64,000 nucleotides of DNA from the human T2T-CHM13v2.0 reference genome, Homo sapiens. Under the pieces are notes generated by a model that saw nothing but the letters and a program-made list of their open reading frames with translations, was not told the origin of the DNA and did no database searches. Below are positions 61,327-64,000 of the stretch, piece after piece. The position numbers and the translations under genes were made by a program. The first letter of the stretch is position 1. Every line of letters begins with the position of its first letter. The DNA lies in assembly GCF_009914755.1 (NCBI RefSeq), contig NC_060933.1. One strand, 5' to 3'.

Positions 61327-64000
61327 CTTGTAATACTGTTGCATTGGGGATTATGTTTCCACATGAATTTTGGAGGGGGCCTCATCATTCAAACCATTGC
61401 ACACTTCTTTAAGTTTTAATCTTATATATTTGAATCTTATCTCTCTTTTTCTTAGTCTAGGTAAAGGTTTGTCAATTTTATCTTTTCAAAGGATAACTCT
61501 TAGTTTCCTTGATCTTCTGTGTTTTTCTGATCTCTATTTCATTTATTTCTGCTATGATATTTGTTATTTCTTTTCTTCTGCTAACCTTTGGCTTAACTTG
61601 TTCTTCTTTTTCTAGTTCCTTGAGGTGTAAAGTTAGGTTTTTGATGTGAAGCCTTTTTTATTTTTTAATGTAGGTTTGATTTCAGACCTTTTTTTGCAAA
61701 CTTTGATTTCTTAAGGTTTGATTTGAAGCCTTTTTTATTTTCTTCTATAAGCTTTCCTCTTAGAACTGCTTTTGGAGCATCTCTTAAGTTTTGGTCTGTT
61801 GTATTTCCATTTTTCTTGGTCTCAGACATTTTGGGGCTTCTGTTTTTATTCTTCTTTGACTCATTGAATGCTTAAAAATGTGTTGTTTAATTTTCACATA
61901 TATGTAAAATTTTAAATTTTGCTTCTGTTGATTTTAGTTTCATAGCAGAGTGGGTAGAAAAGATGCTTGATATGATTTCAATCTTCTTCAATTTGCTAAG
62001 ACTTGTTTTGTGGCCTAACATATATGTTATCTATCTTGGAGAATGTTTTGTGTGCACTTGAAAACAATATGTATGCTGTTGCTGTTGGATGGAATGTTCT
62101 GTATATGTCTGTTAGATACATTTAGTCTATAGCACTGTTTGAGTCCACTGTTTTCTTATTGGTTTTCTTTCAGAATGATCTACCCATTGTTGAAAGTCGT
62201 AAATTTTCATCCCTAACTATTATTGTATTGCTGTCTATTTCTCCCTTTAGTTGTGTTACTATTTGCTTAATAAATGTAGGTGTTTCAGTGTTGGTTACAT
62301 ATATATTTTCCATTGTTATAGTCTTTTGATGAATTAACCATTTGTCATTACATTATGATTGGCTTTGTCTCTTGTGACAATGTTTGACTTAAATTTATTG
62401 TGTCTGATGTAAGAATAGCTACCCCTACTCTCTTTTAATTACCATTTATGTGGAATATCTTCTTCCATCTCTTCACTTTCAGCTTATGTGTGTCCTTAAA
62501 GCTAAAATGAATCTCTTGTAGGCAGCATATAGTTGAATCTTTTTTAAAAAAATGCATTTATCCACTCTATGTTTTTTGATTGGAGAATTTAATTCATTTT
62601 TATGTAAGGTAATTATTATAGGTAATAACTTACTATTGACAATTTTCCATTGTTTTTAAACTTTTTTTTCTTTTTATCTTGCTGTCTTCTTTTGTAATTT
62701 GATGTTTTTTTTTTTTTTGTAGTGTTATGCTTTGGTTATTTTCTCCTTATCTTTGTATATCTACCACAGGCTTCTTCTTTGTGGTTACCATGAGGCTTAT
62801 GTAAAACATTGCATAGTTATAACACAATCTAGTCTAACCTAATAACAACTTAACTTTGATTGAATACAAAAAGTCTGCACTTTAACTTTTCCTTCCTCAA
62901 CTTTTATGTTATTGGTGTCAAAATTTATATTTTTAAAATGTGTATTCATTAACAAATTATTGTAGCTATAGATAATTTCTAATACTTGTGTCTTTTAACT
63001 TTTATACTACAGTTAAAAGTGATATACAACCATCACAGTATTAGGGTATTCTGAATTTGAGTATATTCTTAACTTTACAGTGAGTTTTATACTTTCATAT
63101 GTTTTTATGTTGTTAATTAGTGTTCTTTTCTTTCTACTTGAATTCCCTTTAGCATTTCAAGGAAGGTGTAATGGTGATGAACTTCTTCAGCTTTTGTTTT
63201 TCTGGGAAGCCTTTATCTCTCTTTCACTTTTGAAGGACAGCTTGACTAGGTATAATATTCTTGGTTGGTAGTTTCTTTTTTTTTCTTTCTTTAAGCACTT
63301 TGAAACATACCATTCTTCTTGGCCTACAAGCTTTCTGCTAAGAAATCCACTAATGGTTTTATGAGGGTTTCTTTAGATGTGATGAGTTACTTTTCTCATT
63401 CTGCCTTTAATATTCTCTTTTTCTTTAACTTAAAAAATTAATTATAATGTGTTTTTGTGACGATCTCTTTATGTTTAATATATTTGTGGTTCTTTGTACG
63501 TCATGGATGTGGATATTTATTTCTCTCTCCAATTCAGAAGGTTTTCTGTCAAAATTTCTTTCAATGAGCTGTCTGCCCCTTTCCCTTTCTATGCTTCTTC
63601 TAAGATGTTCATAATGCATAGATTTGTCTTCTATATGCTGTTCCAGAAGTCCTACAGTCTTTCTTCTCTCTTTTATGTCATCTTTTTGTTTTTGTATTTG
63701 TTTGTTCTTCTGACTGGGTAATTTGAAATGGACTGTCTTCAGGCTTGCTGATTTCTTTCTTCTTGATGTGAGTCTGTTGTTGAAGATCTCTATAAATGTT
63801 TTTAGTTAGGCTACTGTGTTCTCACACTCCAGAGGTTCTGTTTGGTTATATTTTATTGCTTGTATTTCTTTGTAAACTGCTCGTTTTGTTCATGTACTGT
63901 TTCCCTGATATTATTTAGATGTCTAAGTGTTTTCTCTTGTATCTCACTAAGCTTCCTTAAGATGATTATTTTTAATTTGTCAGGCATTTTGTAGATCTTC

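Larger units (their letters stand above)
57482..61401 (-). mobile_element. Complete MST-type MaLR provirus (LTR-internal-LTR)
   Basis: Related LTRs at 57482-57884 and 60624-61401; purine tract next to the 3' LTR ('ttctgcccc' on +); 'gaaattggtaccag' on the minus strand next to the 5' LTR; MST-int-like interior. Confidence 0.88.
55110..64000 (-). mobile_element. Old L1 (L1MA/MB-like) ORF2 to ORF1, split by a MaLR provirus; continues past the window end
   Basis: Antisense ORF2 at 55110-57481 resumes colinearly at 61402; ORF 63425-63619 resembles L1 ORF1p (EINIHIHDVQRT..KRSSQKHIII). Confidence 0.88.

Overview
Primate genomic DNA, most likely human or another hominoid (AluY and a young L1PA2-type insertion are present). 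It is AT-rich and has no CpG island. I find no protein-coding gene, tRNA, rRNA or CRISPR array. Every supplied ORF is either decayed L1 ORF1/ORF2, Alu/LTR/L2 read-through or a short chance ORF. The window has two domains. (i) ~1-35.6 kb is old sequence: MIR, L2 and CR1 fragments, hAT MITEs and MaLR/ERVL solo LTRs, interleaved with unique sequence that carries several transcription-factor motif clusters and candidate non-coding exons. (ii) ~35.6-64 kb is an almost continuous nest of L1s, Alus and a complete MST-type MaLR provirus. The most notable items are: a recent 144-bp tandem duplication with 4-bp junction microhomology; a head-to-head Alu pair only 31 bp apart; a young L1PA2 3' fragment with a perfect 16-bp TSD; several multi-level TE nestings; and palindrome-rich unique blocks that may be enhancers. 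I do not see evidence for a new biological system. Subfamily calls are from recalled consensus features, not database searches, and boundaries of old elements are approximate.
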